The notes beneath the pieces were generated by a model that worked only from the letters and a program-made list of their open reading frames with translations, did no database searches and was not told where the DNA came from. A stretch of 56,115 nt of DNA from Calditrichia bacterium (GTDB lineage: Bacteria; Calditrichota; Calditrichia; RBG-13-44-9; J075), in assembly GCA_050633245.1 (NCBI GenBank), contig JBOEGD010000035.1, positions 1 through 56,115 on the forward strand, given 5' to 3'. The position numbers and the translations under genes are program-made. Of this stretch, positions 8,784 to 19,299 are shown piece after piece. Numbering within the stretch: the first letter of the stretch is position 1; each line of letters starts with the position of its first letter.

Positions 8784-11700
8784 ATGCGAAGTCGTTTGTC
8801 CAGCCTGGTTCTGCTAACCCTTCTTACAGCCTTAGTGGCGGCGAAAGGAAATGCCGATGTATCTGTCGCAGCCGCATGGGAAAGCTGGCAACAAAATAAT
8901 GCTATCGATGCGGAAATGCATTTTCAAAAAGCGTTAGAGGCCGATCCGGCCAACTTACGCGCCAATGTTGGTCTGGCTTATCTGTATCAGAACAATCAGG
9001 ATTACGACAAAGCCTGGCAACACTATCGCAAGGTCTTGAAACATCCTGATGGCCGGGCCTATATGTTCGCGGGCTTAAACTCAGGACGTATGGCCTTAGT
9101 GCGAAATGATTCCACATCAGGTTTAATTGACGCGTTTAAACAAATGAGCGACAATGCAACCAAAAATGATATGCTTACAGCAATGGCTCATCAATCCGTT
9201 GGCGATCACTACCGCAGCAAAGGCAATATCGCAAAGTCGGATGCCTACTACGCACGCTCGAAAGCATTGCGAAACTGGTCGGTTATTGGTCCATTCGAAA
9301 ATGTTTCGGCCTCCGGGTTTAACAAAGTTTTCGCACCGGAAGAATCCTTCAATCCAAATAAACAATATGTAGTGAAAAATGGTGCGCCGGCAAAGTGGTT
9401 CACGATCGATAAAACCCGACCGGACGGCTGGATCGACTTCCGACGTTATTTTTCAGTCACCGATGCGGTTTTCTATGGCAACAGTTTTATTCAGTCCCCA
9501 AAAAAGCAAAAAGTTCAGCTGCGCATTGGAACTTCCGGCTCGCTAAAAGCCTTTTTAAATGACGAAACAGTAATTGCTTACGAGGACGAAAACAACAACG
9601 ATTTAGACACCTACATCGTAGAAACCGAACTGCAAAAGGGCTGGAACAGACTACTTATCAAAGTTGGCTATTCTGAAATTAGCCAGTGCAATTTTATGGT
9701 GCGAATTACTGACACAAAAGAGCAGGATTTAAACCTGCCCATTTCAATAGAAAAGAAGTCTTACAAGAAGCGCCCGGGTGCTTCAATAAAACCTATTGAA
9801 AATTTCGCAGAAGTATTTTTTCGCGCGAAGGTTAAAGAGAACCCGGATCATCTGGAAAACTACTTATTATTGGCAGATACCTACTTACGTAACGACAAGG
9901 CCATCGAAGGAGAGTTGGTTCTTCGCGATGCGCTTCAGAAGTCTCCGGATTTTGCCTTGCTTTACCTACAGCTTCTTGAGGCTTATCGTCGTGGCGAAAA
10001 AGATGATGATGTCGCAACGGCACTGGAAAAAGCAACGGCGCTCGATCCCGATGGTATTGTGTCGCTCGTTTACAAATATGAACAGGCGTTGGAAAACAGT
10101 CAGATCGATCAGGCGGAAAGACTGCTGGCAAAGCTGGAGCCAAGCATTACCGGTAAACCGGCAATGTATCAAATGCTAATCGGACTGTATTCCAATAAGC
10201 GCGAGATTGAAAAGCTGATCGCAACAAGCAAAGAAGCCTACGAAAAATATCCGGACAACTGGCAGTTTGCATCAATGGAAGCCAACATCTCTATTCAAAC
10301 AACCCGCACGTACGGTCGCGCTATAGAAATCTATGAAGATTATTTGAAAAAGAATTACAGCGCCACCGTTCTGTCCACTCTCGCCTCGACCTATTTAAAA
10401 GGCTCGGACGTCGACAGTTGGGAATCATATTATCGTAAAATAATAGAGCTCGATGAAACAGCTCGCGGCTCGTATTATCAAATGGCTGCGACATTCATCT
10501 CCCTACAGAAATACCCGGAAGCCAAAGCGATGTTAAAAGAAGCACTTGCCCTCTGTCCCGGCAACTCCGTTTACTGGTCTAAGCTGGGTGAAGTTCAGCG
10601 CACGCTGGAAGAGCTGGAAGCTGCGGAGAAGTCCTACGAAACCGCACTGCAGTTCGACCCGGCAGACTATGATGCTCGTGAGGTGCTTCGCACCTTGCGA
10701 GATCAACCCGCGGTCATCAGCTACTTCGACAGTGTGGATGTTACCAAAGTTATTGCTGAAGCTCCGTCTGCAAATGAAGTGGAGAACGACGCCATCGTAT
10801 TATTGGATGATGTAAGACGGGTAGTCTACGAACGTGGTGCCTCGGAAGTTTATCAAGACTATCTCGTTAAGGTATTTAACAAGCGAGGGATCGATTCCTG
10901 GAAGGAATACTGGATAAACTTCAACGGTTATACCGAGAGTTTGGTTGTTGAAAAAGCGGCAGTTGTAAAGCCAGATGGCAGTGAAATAAAGGCTGACGTA
11001 AGCGGCAATCATGTTGTCTTTAAATCACTGGAAGAAGATGACATAATCTATCTGAAGTGGCGCGTAAAGAACTATTACAGCGGTAAGCTTGCCGGTCATT
11101 TCTGGGATCAGTTTTCATTTAACGGGTTTTACCCGATTAAAAAATCGCGCTATGCGCTTCTGGTGCCAAAATCCATTGAGTTTAACCAAAGTGTACAAAA
11201 CGCGACCTTAAAACCGAGCAAGAAAAAGACCTCGGATGGAACGCTCTACCTTTGGGAGTCCAATAATGAACCAGCGATGGAATATGAATACGGCATGCCG
11301 ATTTACGAAGACATCGCCAAAACACTATTCGTTTCCAGCATTGACGACTGGAAATATATCGTCGACTGGTATTCGGATATTGCACAAAGTAAAGCTCGCA
11401 GCACCTATGAGATAAAAGAGCAAGTACAGCAGCTTTTTGCAGGTAAGTCTGCACTAAGCGATGACGAAAAAATTGAGATCGTCTATAATTTCATCACCGA
11501 GAATATTCGCTATAGCTCCGTATCGTTTCGTCAATCCGGGCTTATTCCGCAGACTGCCCGAGACGTTTTGGTTACACGGATCGGTGACTGTAAAGATGTA
11601 ACAACACTGGCTATCGCCATGCTCCGGGAAGTTGGCATCGAGAGCTACTATGTTCTGATAAACACAAAGGATGAAGGGCGCAACGAAGCTGTGCTTCCGT

Positions 11701-12530
11701 CTATCGCCTTCAACCACTGTATTGTAGGTGTCGAAACGGATAGGGGAACGCAATTTTTGGATCTTACAGCAAACAATTATCCTTATCGTTCCGTGCCTGA
11801 GATGGATCGGGAAGGCTTTTCATTGCTAATCAAAAAGGGATCGACCAAGCCATTTCACCTCGACCCAACCGGATTTCTACAGCGAGAAGTAAATCGCGAC
11901 TCGCAGATGAAAATGGCCTCTGACAATACGATCTCGTTGGTTAAGCACAGTTCCAAGAGTGCTTCACTTGCTGCATCAATGCGCGCGAGTTATCGCGACC
12001 AAGCGCATTCGGAGCGCGAGCGAGTACTGGCAGAGATTTTAACGCGTTCCTACAACAGCGTTCGTCTGGAATCTCTGGAGTTCGAAAATCTGGATGCGTT
12101 AAACGAGCCAATCAACTATACCTATACGTTTACGGTTGAAGATTATGTGAATGAAGTGGGTAAGTTCAAGTTTTTGAAAGTTCCATGGGCAGATGCAGCA
12201 GAAGCTGATCGCGCTTTAAGCTATGAAACCCGACAATACGCCTATGATTATTTGCCCGGCGTAGATGTAGAGCGCGAATCTATCGAGATTGAGCTACCGG
12301 CGGGATATGAGCCGCTGGAGCTTGGTGAGAACATCAACATTTCCTCCAGCGTGGCAGATTATCAGCTGTCTTTCAGCTATAAGGATGGCGTTATTCGCGG
12401 TGAGCGTATTCTGACCAATAAGAAAGATCGCGTTCAGCCGGAAGAATATGAAGCCTTTCGTCGCTTTTACCGTCGTGTGTTGAAAGAAGACGGTCGGTTT
12501 ATCTTGCTACGGCAGGTATTACAGAATTAG
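8784..12530 (+). CDS. Secreted TPR + DUF3857 + transglutaminase-like domain protein
   Basis: Start moved to MRSRL after GGGAGA; signal peptide, TPR repeats, WSVIGPF..NRLLIKV beta domain, putative triad GDCKD / FNHCI / FLD. Confidence 0.85.
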   Translation: MRSRLSSLVLLTLLTALVAAKGNADVSVAAAWESWQQNNAIDAEMHFQKALEADPANLRANVGLAYLYQNNQDYDKAWQHYRKVLKHPDGRAYMFAGLNSGRMALVRNDSTSGLIDAFKQMSDNATKNDMLTAMAHQSVGDHYRSKGNIAKSDAYYARSKALRNWSVIGPFENVSASGFNKVFAPEESFNPNKQYVVKNGAPAKWFTIDKTRPDGWIDFRRYFSVTDAVFYGNSFIQSPKKQKVQLRIGTSGSLKAFLNDETVIAYEDENNNDLDTYIVETELQKGWNRLLIKVGYSEISQCNFMVRITDTKEQDLNLPISIEKKSYKKRPGASIKPIENFAEVFFRAKVKENPDHLENYLLLADTYLRNDKAIEGELVLRDALQKSPDFALLYLQLLEAYRRGEKDDDVATALEKATALDPDGIVSLVYKYEQALENSQIDQAERLLAKLEPSITGKPAMYQMLIGLYSNKREIEKLIATSKEAYEKYPDNWQFASMEANISIQTTRTYGRAIEIYEDYLKKNYSATVLSTLASTYLKGSDVDSWESYYRKIIELDETARGSYYQMAATFISLQKYPEAKAMLKEALALCPGNSVYWSKLGEVQRTLEELEAAEKSYETALQFDPADYDAREVLRTLRDQPAVISYFDSVDVTKVIAEAPSANEVENDAIVLLDDVRRVVYERGASEVYQDYLVKVFNKRGIDSWKEYWINFNGYTESLVVEKAAVVKPDGSEIKADVSGNHVVFKSLEEDDIIYLKWRVKNYYSGKLAGHFWDQFSFNGFYPIKKSRYALLVPKSIEFNQSVQNATLKPSKKKTSDGTLYLWESNNEPAMEYEYGMPIYEDIAKTLFVSSIDDWKYIVDWYSDIAQSKARSTYEIKEQVQQLFAGKSALSDDEKIEIVYNFITENIRYSSVSFRQSGLIPQTARDVLVTRIGDCKDVTTLAIAMLREVGIESYYVLINTKDEGRNEAVLPSIAFNHCIVGVETDRGTQFLDLTANNYPYRSVPEMDREGFSLLIKKGSTKPFHLDPTGFLQREVNRDSQMKMASDNTISLVKHSSKSASLAASMRASYRDQAHSERERVLAEILTRSYNSVRLESLEFENLDALNEPINYTYTFTVEDYVNEVGKFKFLKVPWADAAEADRALSYETRQYAYDYLPGVDVERESIEIELPAGYEPLELGENINISSSVADYQLSFSYKDGVIRGERILTNKKDRVQPEEYEAFRRFYRRVLKEDGRFILLRQVLQN

Positions 12531-12537
12531 GTAGGAA

Positions 12538-12657
12538 TAGACTGGAGCAGTTTTCAAAACTGCTCCAGTCTAAGAGAAAAACTGCTCCAGTCTGAGAGCT
12601 AGTCAGATTGAAGCAGTCTTGAAGACTGCTTCAATCTAAAAAAGACTGCTCCAATAT
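12538..12657. repeat. Two REP-like long palindromes, each followed by an extra right arm
   Basis: TAGACTGGAGCAGTTTT-C-AAAACTGCTCCAGTCTA (12538-12572) + arm 12578-12593; AGATTGAAGCAGTCTT-G-AAGACTGCTTCAATCT (12605-12637) + arm 12642-12656. Confidence 0.9.
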
Positions 12658-12670
12658 GAGCCCCTCCCCC

Positions 12671-12696
12671 AGCCCCGCGAATTCGCGGGGCTTTTT
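12671..12696 (+). terminator. Intrinsic terminator
   Basis: AGCCCCGCGAATTCGCGGGGCT palindrome followed by a T run. Confidence 0.75.
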
Positions 12697-12767
12697 GCTG
12701 CATTCTTTGCAACTTGCATTCAAAGATGATTCATATGTAATTTCAAACATTACACAGGAACGGGTTC

Positions 12768-13649
12768 ATGGAACAATCAACGGCTTTGCAACATTCTGAA
12801 TCGCTGCTTCAACATGAGGATCATCCGAAAGTTGGCTTGGCTTTAAGCGGCGGTGCTGCACGTGGAACGGCTCACATTGGTATCCTTCGCGCATTCCGTG
12901 AAAACAACATTCCCATAGACTGTCTATCCGGCACCAGTATCGGAGCAGTTATCGCAGCGCTCTATGCCTTTGGTGTTTCACTAGAAGATATGCGTGAGCA
13001 GGCTGCGAAAATGAGCTGGAGTAAAATTTCCGGGTTCTCTATTTACAGTCGCGGTGGATTTTTAACGAATAAAGAGCTCGGCGAAATCATGCAGGAATTT
13101 GTCGGCGATGCAAATATTGAAGATTCGCCGATTCCCCTGGCAATTGTGGCTACGGATATCTCTACCGGCGAAAAGGTCGTGCTTCGAAAAGGCAATCTTG
13201 CCCGCGCGGTAATGGCCAGCTCCTGCATCCCCGGTCTGTATGCTCCGGTCGAAATCGATGGGCGAAAGCTGGTCGACGGTTTTCTTGTTGAGAATGTGCC
13301 GATTTCCCCCCTTCCTCAAATGGGCGCTGAGGTGGTCATTGGCGTGAACCTCGGCAAGCGCAGAACCTACCGCAAAGCGGACGGCATCTTCAATGTCGTA
13401 ATGAACGCCTTCGAAATCGCTATTGATGAAAACACCAACCGCACTCTCAAAATGGCTGACGCTCTTATTGAACCGATCGTCAAACACATTCCGGAAGACG
13501 ATGAAAACTATCAGTCCATCGTTTACGATGCCGGTTACGGCACCGCTCTCATTAACATGCAGGCCATTCGCGCGGCAATAAAGAAAAAGCGGCGGCAAAT
13601 AAAGCGCGGCCTCTGGCAGCGCATCAGAGAGTTTTTTGGATTGGGGTGA
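12768..13649 (+). CDS. Patatin-like phospholipase (RssA/NTE family)
   Basis: LSGGAARG, GTSIG (GxSxG), ASSCIPG, VDG. Confidence 0.92.
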   Translation: MEQSTALQHSESLLQHEDHPKVGLALSGGAARGTAHIGILRAFRENNIPIDCLSGTSIGAVIAALYAFGVSLEDMREQAAKMSWSKISGFSIYSRGGFLTNKELGEIMQEFVGDANIEDSPIPLAIVATDISTGEKVVLRKGNLARAVMASSCIPGLYAPVEIDGRKLVDGFLVENVPISPLPQMGAEVVIGVNLGKRRTYRKADGIFNVVMNAFEIAIDENTNRTLKMADALIEPIVKHIPEDDENYQSIVYDAGYGTALINMQAIRAAIKKKRRQIKRGLWQRIREFFGLG

Positions 13650-13746
13650 ATAGACATTCCGCTTTCATTTTAGCTGCTTAACCTATATATTTTTTTACCT
13701 CCCATCTGTAACTCAACATTTTACCTCTCTTAAACAGGAGCGAAGT

Positions 13747-15885
13747 ATGTCTAATGCATTCGTGCGCTATATATGCATTCTTTTTTTTAGCACTTTAACC
13801 TTAGGACAATCAATTAGTTGGCAATGGCAGGATCCCTATCCTATAAATAGAGCAAGGGGAGCAAGTCATTTTACAAACTCGCAAGAGGGTTGGATGGGTG
13901 GTGGAATAGGGGAGGTGCAATATACTAATGATGGTGGTGTAACGTGGCAGCGCAGAGCCATTTTAACAGAGCAATCGATTCACGATATAGAATTTTTAGA
14001 CTCAAACACCGGGTTTGCAGTAGGTAGTGAAGCCTCAATTTTCAAAACTTTGGACGGTGGGTTGACATGGTCACAAACGACTCTTCCACCGAGCACGGGG
14101 TTTCTAAATGAGATTCATTTTAAAAATGCTCAGACCGGTATAGCCGTAGCCTCACTAGGCAATGTAATTCGTACAACAAATGGAGGAGTTACTTGGGATG
14201 TAATTCAAGTTGGAATAAATGAAGATCTGTACGGTATTGAAAACTTTTCCGGGGATACCTGGCATGCCTGCGGCACCGATGGAACCATTTTTAAATCAAC
14301 AGATGACGGGCTAACATGGTCTATTTTTCAGCATCCGACGATAGCAGCCTTTTTCAATATTCAATTCGTTGATGCACTAAATGGTTGGGCAGCCGGTTCC
14401 GGGGGTATTCTGGCTACTACCGGAGATGGCGGTATAAATTGGGATATTTCTTTTTTACCGATGACTTCCTGGATTTCGGACATTCATTTCAACGATGTCT
14501 CAAATGGTTGGGCTGCAACTGGTGGAAACAGTATACTTAAAACGATTGATGGCGGTATAACCTGGACAGAGGTTGAAATTGATTCCAGTCTCTTCCTTTC
14601 TCAAGGAATCAACGGACTGGTATTCACAGATAACCAAACAATCTATTTAACCGGTGATGTCATTTATAAATCCATGGATAATGGATCCGCATGGCAAAGA
14701 CTGGACAGAGAACTTCCTTTCTCTATGTATACAGGAGTTTACTTTACAACCCCGGACAGCGGTTGGGTTATCGGACGAGCGAATACAGACCTGACGTATA
14801 TTGCGCACACCAGTAATGGCGGACAAACATGGGAAACAACTCAATTATCAGACTTTTCTCAGCCCTCTCAAGGAATATTTTTTATAAACTCCCAGCACGG
14901 CTGGATTGGCATAAGCTCATCCGTTTGGAGAACAATAGACGGGGGAGTAAATTGGAATAGCTACAGTTTACCTGTTACAAACTCTGTAGAGGACATTCTC
15001 TTTATAGACGAACTTAATGGATGGGTAATTACAAGTAACGGTCCCGTTTTAAAATCCAACGACGGGGGAGAAACATGGATTACGCAACCGATCGGTAATG
15101 AACAAATTCTGGCACTCGATTTTTCAGACTCTCAAAACGGGTGGGCTGTAGGTCGGGATGGTGGCATCTATCATTCAACCGATGGTGGTACAAACTGGAC
15201 GACGCAAAACAGCAATACAACAGAAATACTCAATGATGTGGATTTTCTTAACCCCCTAGTCGGGTGGTGTGTTGGCAACGAAGGAATCATCCTTAAAACC
15301 GTAGATGGTGGCAATACCTGGATACCCGAGAACAGACCCGTTCCATCCTTCTTTATTCAAGTACAGGTAATTGACGAAAACACCGTTTGGGTTCTGGACG
15401 CCTTAACAAATTCATCTGTTGGGCTTACCACAACAGCTGATGGCGGCAATACATGGGACGTCATCGCTCTTCCTCTCTTTGCGCGCAGGTCTTCATTTTC
15501 TTTTGCAGATCCTGAAACCATCTTTATCGTTGGAGGCGACAGGCCGCGTAATACGATCTACAGAGGTAAACTGGACTTAACCACCGGACTCTCGACATCT
15601 GATTTTCAAACATTACATCCCGGAAATTTTGAACTACAAGCAAACTACCCGAATCCTTTCAATCCGCAAACTACAATTACATATACGCTGAATAAATCCG
15701 GCAATGTTGAGCTTGCAATATTCAATTCAATTGGGCAACAGCTTACAACTCTAACTAATGAGCGTCAAGCTGCCGGATTTTATTCAACAACCTTCAAAGC
15801 CGATAATTATCCAAGCGGAACCTACTATTATCGCCTAAAAGTAGATGGATTTACCCAGACGAAAGGCATGATTCTGGTTCGCTAA
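13747..15885 (+). CDS. YCF48/BNR-repeat beta-propeller secreted protein with T9SS-type C-terminal sorting domain
   Basis: Many (S/T)xDGGxTW Asp-box repeats; signal peptide; C-terminal NYPNPFNP...SGTYYYRL...KGMILVR. Confidence 0.88.
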   Translation: MSNAFVRYICILFFSTLTLGQSISWQWQDPYPINRARGASHFTNSQEGWMGGGIGEVQYTNDGGVTWQRRAILTEQSIHDIEFLDSNTGFAVGSEASIFKTLDGGLTWSQTTLPPSTGFLNEIHFKNAQTGIAVASLGNVIRTTNGGVTWDVIQVGINEDLYGIENFSGDTWHACGTDGTIFKSTDDGLTWSIFQHPTIAAFFNIQFVDALNGWAAGSGGILATTGDGGINWDISFLPMTSWISDIHFNDVSNGWAATGGNSILKTIDGGITWTEVEIDSSLFLSQGINGLVFTDNQTIYLTGDVIYKSMDNGSAWQRLDRELPFSMYTGVYFTTPDSGWVIGRANTDLTYIAHTSNGGQTWETTQLSDFSQPSQGIFFINSQHGWIGISSSVWRTIDGGVNWNSYSLPVTNSVEDILFIDELNGWVITSNGPVLKSNDGGETWITQPIGNEQILALDFSDSQNGWAVGRDGGIYHSTDGGTNWTTQNSNTTEILNDVDFLNPLVGWCVGNEGIILKTVDGGNTWIPENRPVPSFFIQVQVIDENTVWVLDALTNSSVGLTTTADGGNTWDVIALPLFARRSSFSFADPETIFIVGGDRPRNTIYRGKLDLTTGLSTSDFQTLHPGNFELQANYPNPFNPQTTITYTLNKSGNVELAIFNSIGQQLTTLTNERQAAGFYSTTFKADNYPSGTYYYRLKVDGFTQTKGMILVR

Positions 15886-15981
15886 GCAAGAAAGAACTAC
15901 TTTTTGTAATCCAGACCTTTTGAGACATTGCCGAACACTGACTATGTTGAGATTCATCTATTATTATCCTTGGAGAAAAAT

Positions 15982-17724
15982 ATGATTTTACGCAGACTGT
16001 CCCTCATTTTTCTGATAGCGACATTTTTTATGGGAAGTGCTCAGGCAACAACCGACAAATACAGCAGCGCTTTGGAAAAGAAGCTGCAAACAGCCAAAGC
16101 CGGGGAGACCGTAAAAATATGGCTATACTTTACCGACAAGGGAAAAAACCTTCGCCAAAAATTCAGAGCAGTGGAAAAGACGTTAAGCGATGCGTCCTAC
16201 GACCGACGTCTGCGCACTCGTGGAGCAAAAAATCTGCTGGATCAAAAAGACCTTCCAATAGATGCTAAATACCTGGGGCAGGTTAAACCACACCTTCAAA
16301 ACATCAAGGTAAAAAGCCGCTGGCTGAATGCTGTCTCGGCATATGTTTTACCGAATCAATTATCAGCTCTCGCCAACTTTTCATTCGTGCGTAAAATTGA
16401 TATCGTGCGCCATCATGAAAGCGAACGCCCGGCAGAGACCGAATCCCTTGAAGAGCTTGAGAAGAACAAAACCAGTGGTAAGATGCTAAACTACGGCCAG
16501 TCATTTACCCAGAACAATCAGATTCGCGTTGTCGAAATGCACAATATGGGTTTCGATGGCACCGGCGTTACGATTGCTTTACTTGATGCCGGTTTCAACA
16601 ATCTGCAGCATGAAGCAATCGACCATGTTAACGTGGTCGCCGCATGGGATTTTGTGAATGGCGATGCGGTTGTTTCCGATGAGCCGGGTCAGATGGGAAC
16701 GGGAAATCACGGCACGTATATTCTAAGCACTATCGCCGGTTTTCATGAAGGCGAACTGATTGGACCGGCCTATCAGGCAAATTACCTTCTTGCTAAAACA
16801 GAAAACACCGACTGGGAACGTCATGTTGAGGAAGACGATTGGGTTGCCGGTGCGGAATGGGCAGATAGCCTGGGCGCAGATATTATCAGCAGCTCACTCG
16901 GTTATCGTGACGGTTTTACGAATGGTGAAGCAGACTACACCTGGCAGGACATGGATGGAAATACGACCATCATAACCATCGGAGCCGATATTGCCGCCAG
17001 CCGGGGTATTATCGTTATTACGTCTGCTGGTAATTCCGGAAGTATCGCGCCTCCACAGAACACGCTTGGTGCTCCCGCCGATGGCGATAGCGTGCTGGCA
17101 ATTGGCTCGGTAACGTTTAATGGAACTCGCTCGAGCTTTAGCTCAGTCGGCCCAACTGCCGATGGACGGTTTAAGCCCGACGTTATGGCGATGGGATCGC
17201 AAACTCGCTGCGCCAGCGCTACGACTCCGGGCTATATCAATCTAAACGGCACCTCGCTTGCCTGTCCGCTGGCCGCCGGTGTTGCCGCGCTTATACTTCA
17301 GTCGAATCCCTCTCTAACCAATATGGAAATACTGAATGCAATGCGTTCTACCGCAAGCAATGCCTCAAACCCGGACAACTTAAGTGGCTGGGGAATTCTT
17401 GATGCCGTCAGTGCAGCAGCAGTCTTAACCGGTATTGAGAACGAGCTACAGCAACTTCCATCGACAATTGAACTATTGTCGGCTTATCCAAACCCCTTCA
17501 ATCCGTCAACAACGATTCGCTATCGCCTCGCAGAATCAGCACCGATACAGATTGACATCTACAATGGTATCGGACAGCGTATTCAGTCTCTCTTCAATGG
17601 TACCAAAGGCAGTGGTGAACATCAGGTAGAATGGAAGCCGACAGACATTGCCTCCGGCATCTACTACCTGCGCCTGAAAGCAGCCGGAAACGAGCTCACG
17701 CAAAAACTCGTGCTGCTAAAATAA
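15982..17724 (+). CDS. S8 subtilisin-like serine peptidase with T9SS-type C-terminal domain
   Basis: Triad LLDAG / NHGT / NGTSLACP; SAGN oxyanion motif; YPNPFNP tail; start moved to MILRR after GGAG. Confidence 0.92.
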   Translation: MILRRLSLIFLIATFFMGSAQATTDKYSSALEKKLQTAKAGETVKIWLYFTDKGKNLRQKFRAVEKTLSDASYDRRLRTRGAKNLLDQKDLPIDAKYLGQVKPHLQNIKVKSRWLNAVSAYVLPNQLSALANFSFVRKIDIVRHHESERPAETESLEELEKNKTSGKMLNYGQSFTQNNQIRVVEMHNMGFDGTGVTIALLDAGFNNLQHEAIDHVNVVAAWDFVNGDAVVSDEPGQMGTGNHGTYILSTIAGFHEGELIGPAYQANYLLAKTENTDWERHVEEDDWVAGAEWADSLGADIISSSLGYRDGFTNGEADYTWQDMDGNTTIITIGADIAASRGIIVITSAGNSGSIAPPQNTLGAPADGDSVLAIGSVTFNGTRSSFSSVGPTADGRFKPDVMAMGSQTRCASATTPGYINLNGTSLACPLAAGVAALILQSNPSLTNMEILNAMRSTASNASNPDNLSGWGILDAVSAAAVLTGIENELQQLPSTIELLSAYPNPFNPSTTIRYRLAESAPIQIDIYNGIGQRIQSLFNGTKGSGEHQVEWKPTDIASGIYYLRLKAAGNELTQKLVLLK

Positions 17725-17812
17725 TAATACTCCTACCATAGCCGCTTTTTTGTTGCAGCTTGCTTAGGTAAGGCTTATACTAGGTGAAGTTTAACTCTTT
17801 GTAAAAGGCCTT

Positions 17813-18082
17813 ATGCTTAAACTGGACAAGGATAGCGGAAGCTATGAAATGGAATACCCTTGTAAATGGACCTACAAGGTAATCGGCATGGATGCTTTTA
17901 GCATGCGACAGGCAATAACAGCTGTCGTTGCAGATAAGCAACATTCTATTTCCGTTTCAAATCATAGCGCAACCGGCAAGTATACCAGCCTCAATCTCGA
18001 GCTCGTCGTCGATGACGAGCTTCAGCGAACTCGGTATTACACCGAATTAAAGCAGCACCCCGACATTAAGATGGTGCTCTAG
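17813..18082 (+). CDS. YbeD/HP0495 (DUF493) family ACT-like protein
   Basis: EYPCKWTYKVIG...SATGKYTSL...IKMVL. Confidence 0.85.
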   Translation: MLKLDKDSGSYEMEYPCKWTYKVIGMDAFSMRQAITAVVADKQHSISVSNHSATGKYTSLNLELVVDDELQRTRYYTELKQHPDIKMVL

Positions 18083-18112
18083 CACTCACCCACCACCCAT
18101 ATATGTGAACAC

Positions 18113-19225
18113 TTGAAAAAAGCTAATCGAACATTTTTTGTCGCTACATCGCCCGGTCTACAACACGTTACCGCGGCCGAGTTAAAATCTATCGGTATAG
18201 AAGCGACTGCCGAAACAGGGGGGTTAAGTTTTCCGGGCAGGCTGCCGCAACTTTATTTGGCATGCCGAGAACTACGAACCGCTGCGCGCATTTCGATGCG
18301 TATGGAAGAATTTTACGTCGGTGGTTTCCCCGAACTCAAGCGCAAGGTAGCCAGAATCCCGTGGGAGGATGTGCTCCGACCCGGTACTAATGTAACAATG
18401 CGCGTTACTGCGAAAAAATCTCGTTTATATCATAGCGATGCGATTGCCGAACGTGTCGTTACCGCGATATCCGGCAGGTTAAATCGTGTAATTAAGCTGG
18501 TGAAAGCATCAGATAAGGCAGCTATAAATAGTCAGCTCATAATAATCAGGATGATTCATAACACCTGCACCATCAGCGTAGATGCAGCCGGAGCACCACT
18601 GCATCAGCGCGGGTACCGCCAGGCTGTCGGCAAGGCGCCGCTACGTGAGAACTTAGCAGCAGGCCTTTTGCTCTCCGCTGGCTGGGATGGCACGCAAACA
18701 CTGGTCGATCCGTTTTGTGGCTCTGGAACCATTGCAATTGAAGCAGCAATGATGGCGCTAAGGCAAGCTCCCGGTAGTAACCGGACCTTTCGCTATACCA
18801 ACTGGCCTATTTGCAAAAACCACAAAAATGCCAGCCTGCCCACGCCTGCCAGAGACTCGAAAGCTGAAATGCCATTGATTATAGCCTCCGACCGTGATAC
18901 CGGTGCAATTGAAAATGCTCGACAAAATGCCAAGCGCGCCGGAGTAGATGCTCACATTCAATTTATTGAGCAACCGCTGTCTGAGCTAAAATTACCCGAT
19001 GGTGGTGGATGGATTGTTACCAACCCACCCTATGGTGAGCGCCTAAAACCAGACAAAGATTTGCGCGATCTTTACGCCCGTCTTGGGCAAATGATGAAGC
19101 CAAACTGGAAGATGGCCTTTCTGTGCGCCAATCAGGAGTTACCACCAGCAACAAGACTCAAGCTGGAAAAAGGACCGGTTTTGGACAATGGTGGGCTATC
19201 CACCCGAATCTACATTCGCCGCTAA
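18113..19225 (+). CDS. THUMP-domain class I SAM-dependent RNA methyltransferase (RlmL/YpsC-like)
   Basis: LHQRGYR, APLRENLAA, DPFCGSGT, TNPPYGERL. Confidence 0.9.
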   Translation: MKKANRTFFVATSPGLQHVTAAELKSIGIEATAETGGLSFPGRLPQLYLACRELRTAARISMRMEEFYVGGFPELKRKVARIPWEDVLRPGTNVTMRVTAKKSRLYHSDAIAERVVTAISGRLNRVIKLVKASDKAAINSQLIIIRMIHNTCTISVDAAGAPLHQRGYRQAVGKAPLRENLAAGLLLSAGWDGTQTLVDPFCGSGTIAIEAAMMALRQAPGSNRTFRYTNWPICKNHKNASLPTPARDSKAEMPLIIASDRDTGAIENARQNAKRAGVDAHIQFIEQPLSELKLPDGGGWIVTNPPYGERLKPDKDLRDLYARLGQMMKPNWKMAFLCANQELPPATRLKLEKGPVLDNGGLSTRIYIRR

Positions 19226-19230
19226 ATCCA

Positions 19231-19258
19231 TTGCATTTCGCTAAATTCGTTCTATATT
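19231..19258 (+). promoter_or_regulatory. Putative sigma-70 promoter
   Basis: TTGCAT-N16-TATATT about 40 nt upstream of the CDGSH gene start. Confidence 0.45.
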
Positions 19259-19299
19259 TTTAATGATGGATCCGCCCTCAACCAAACCCGGAGGTCATT

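Noticed and set aside
13062-13598. 178-aa antisense ORF, and similar shadow ORFs such as 26724..27158, 29995..30438 and 48492..48905
   Set aside because: They lie opposite or within well-supported genes and have no motifs
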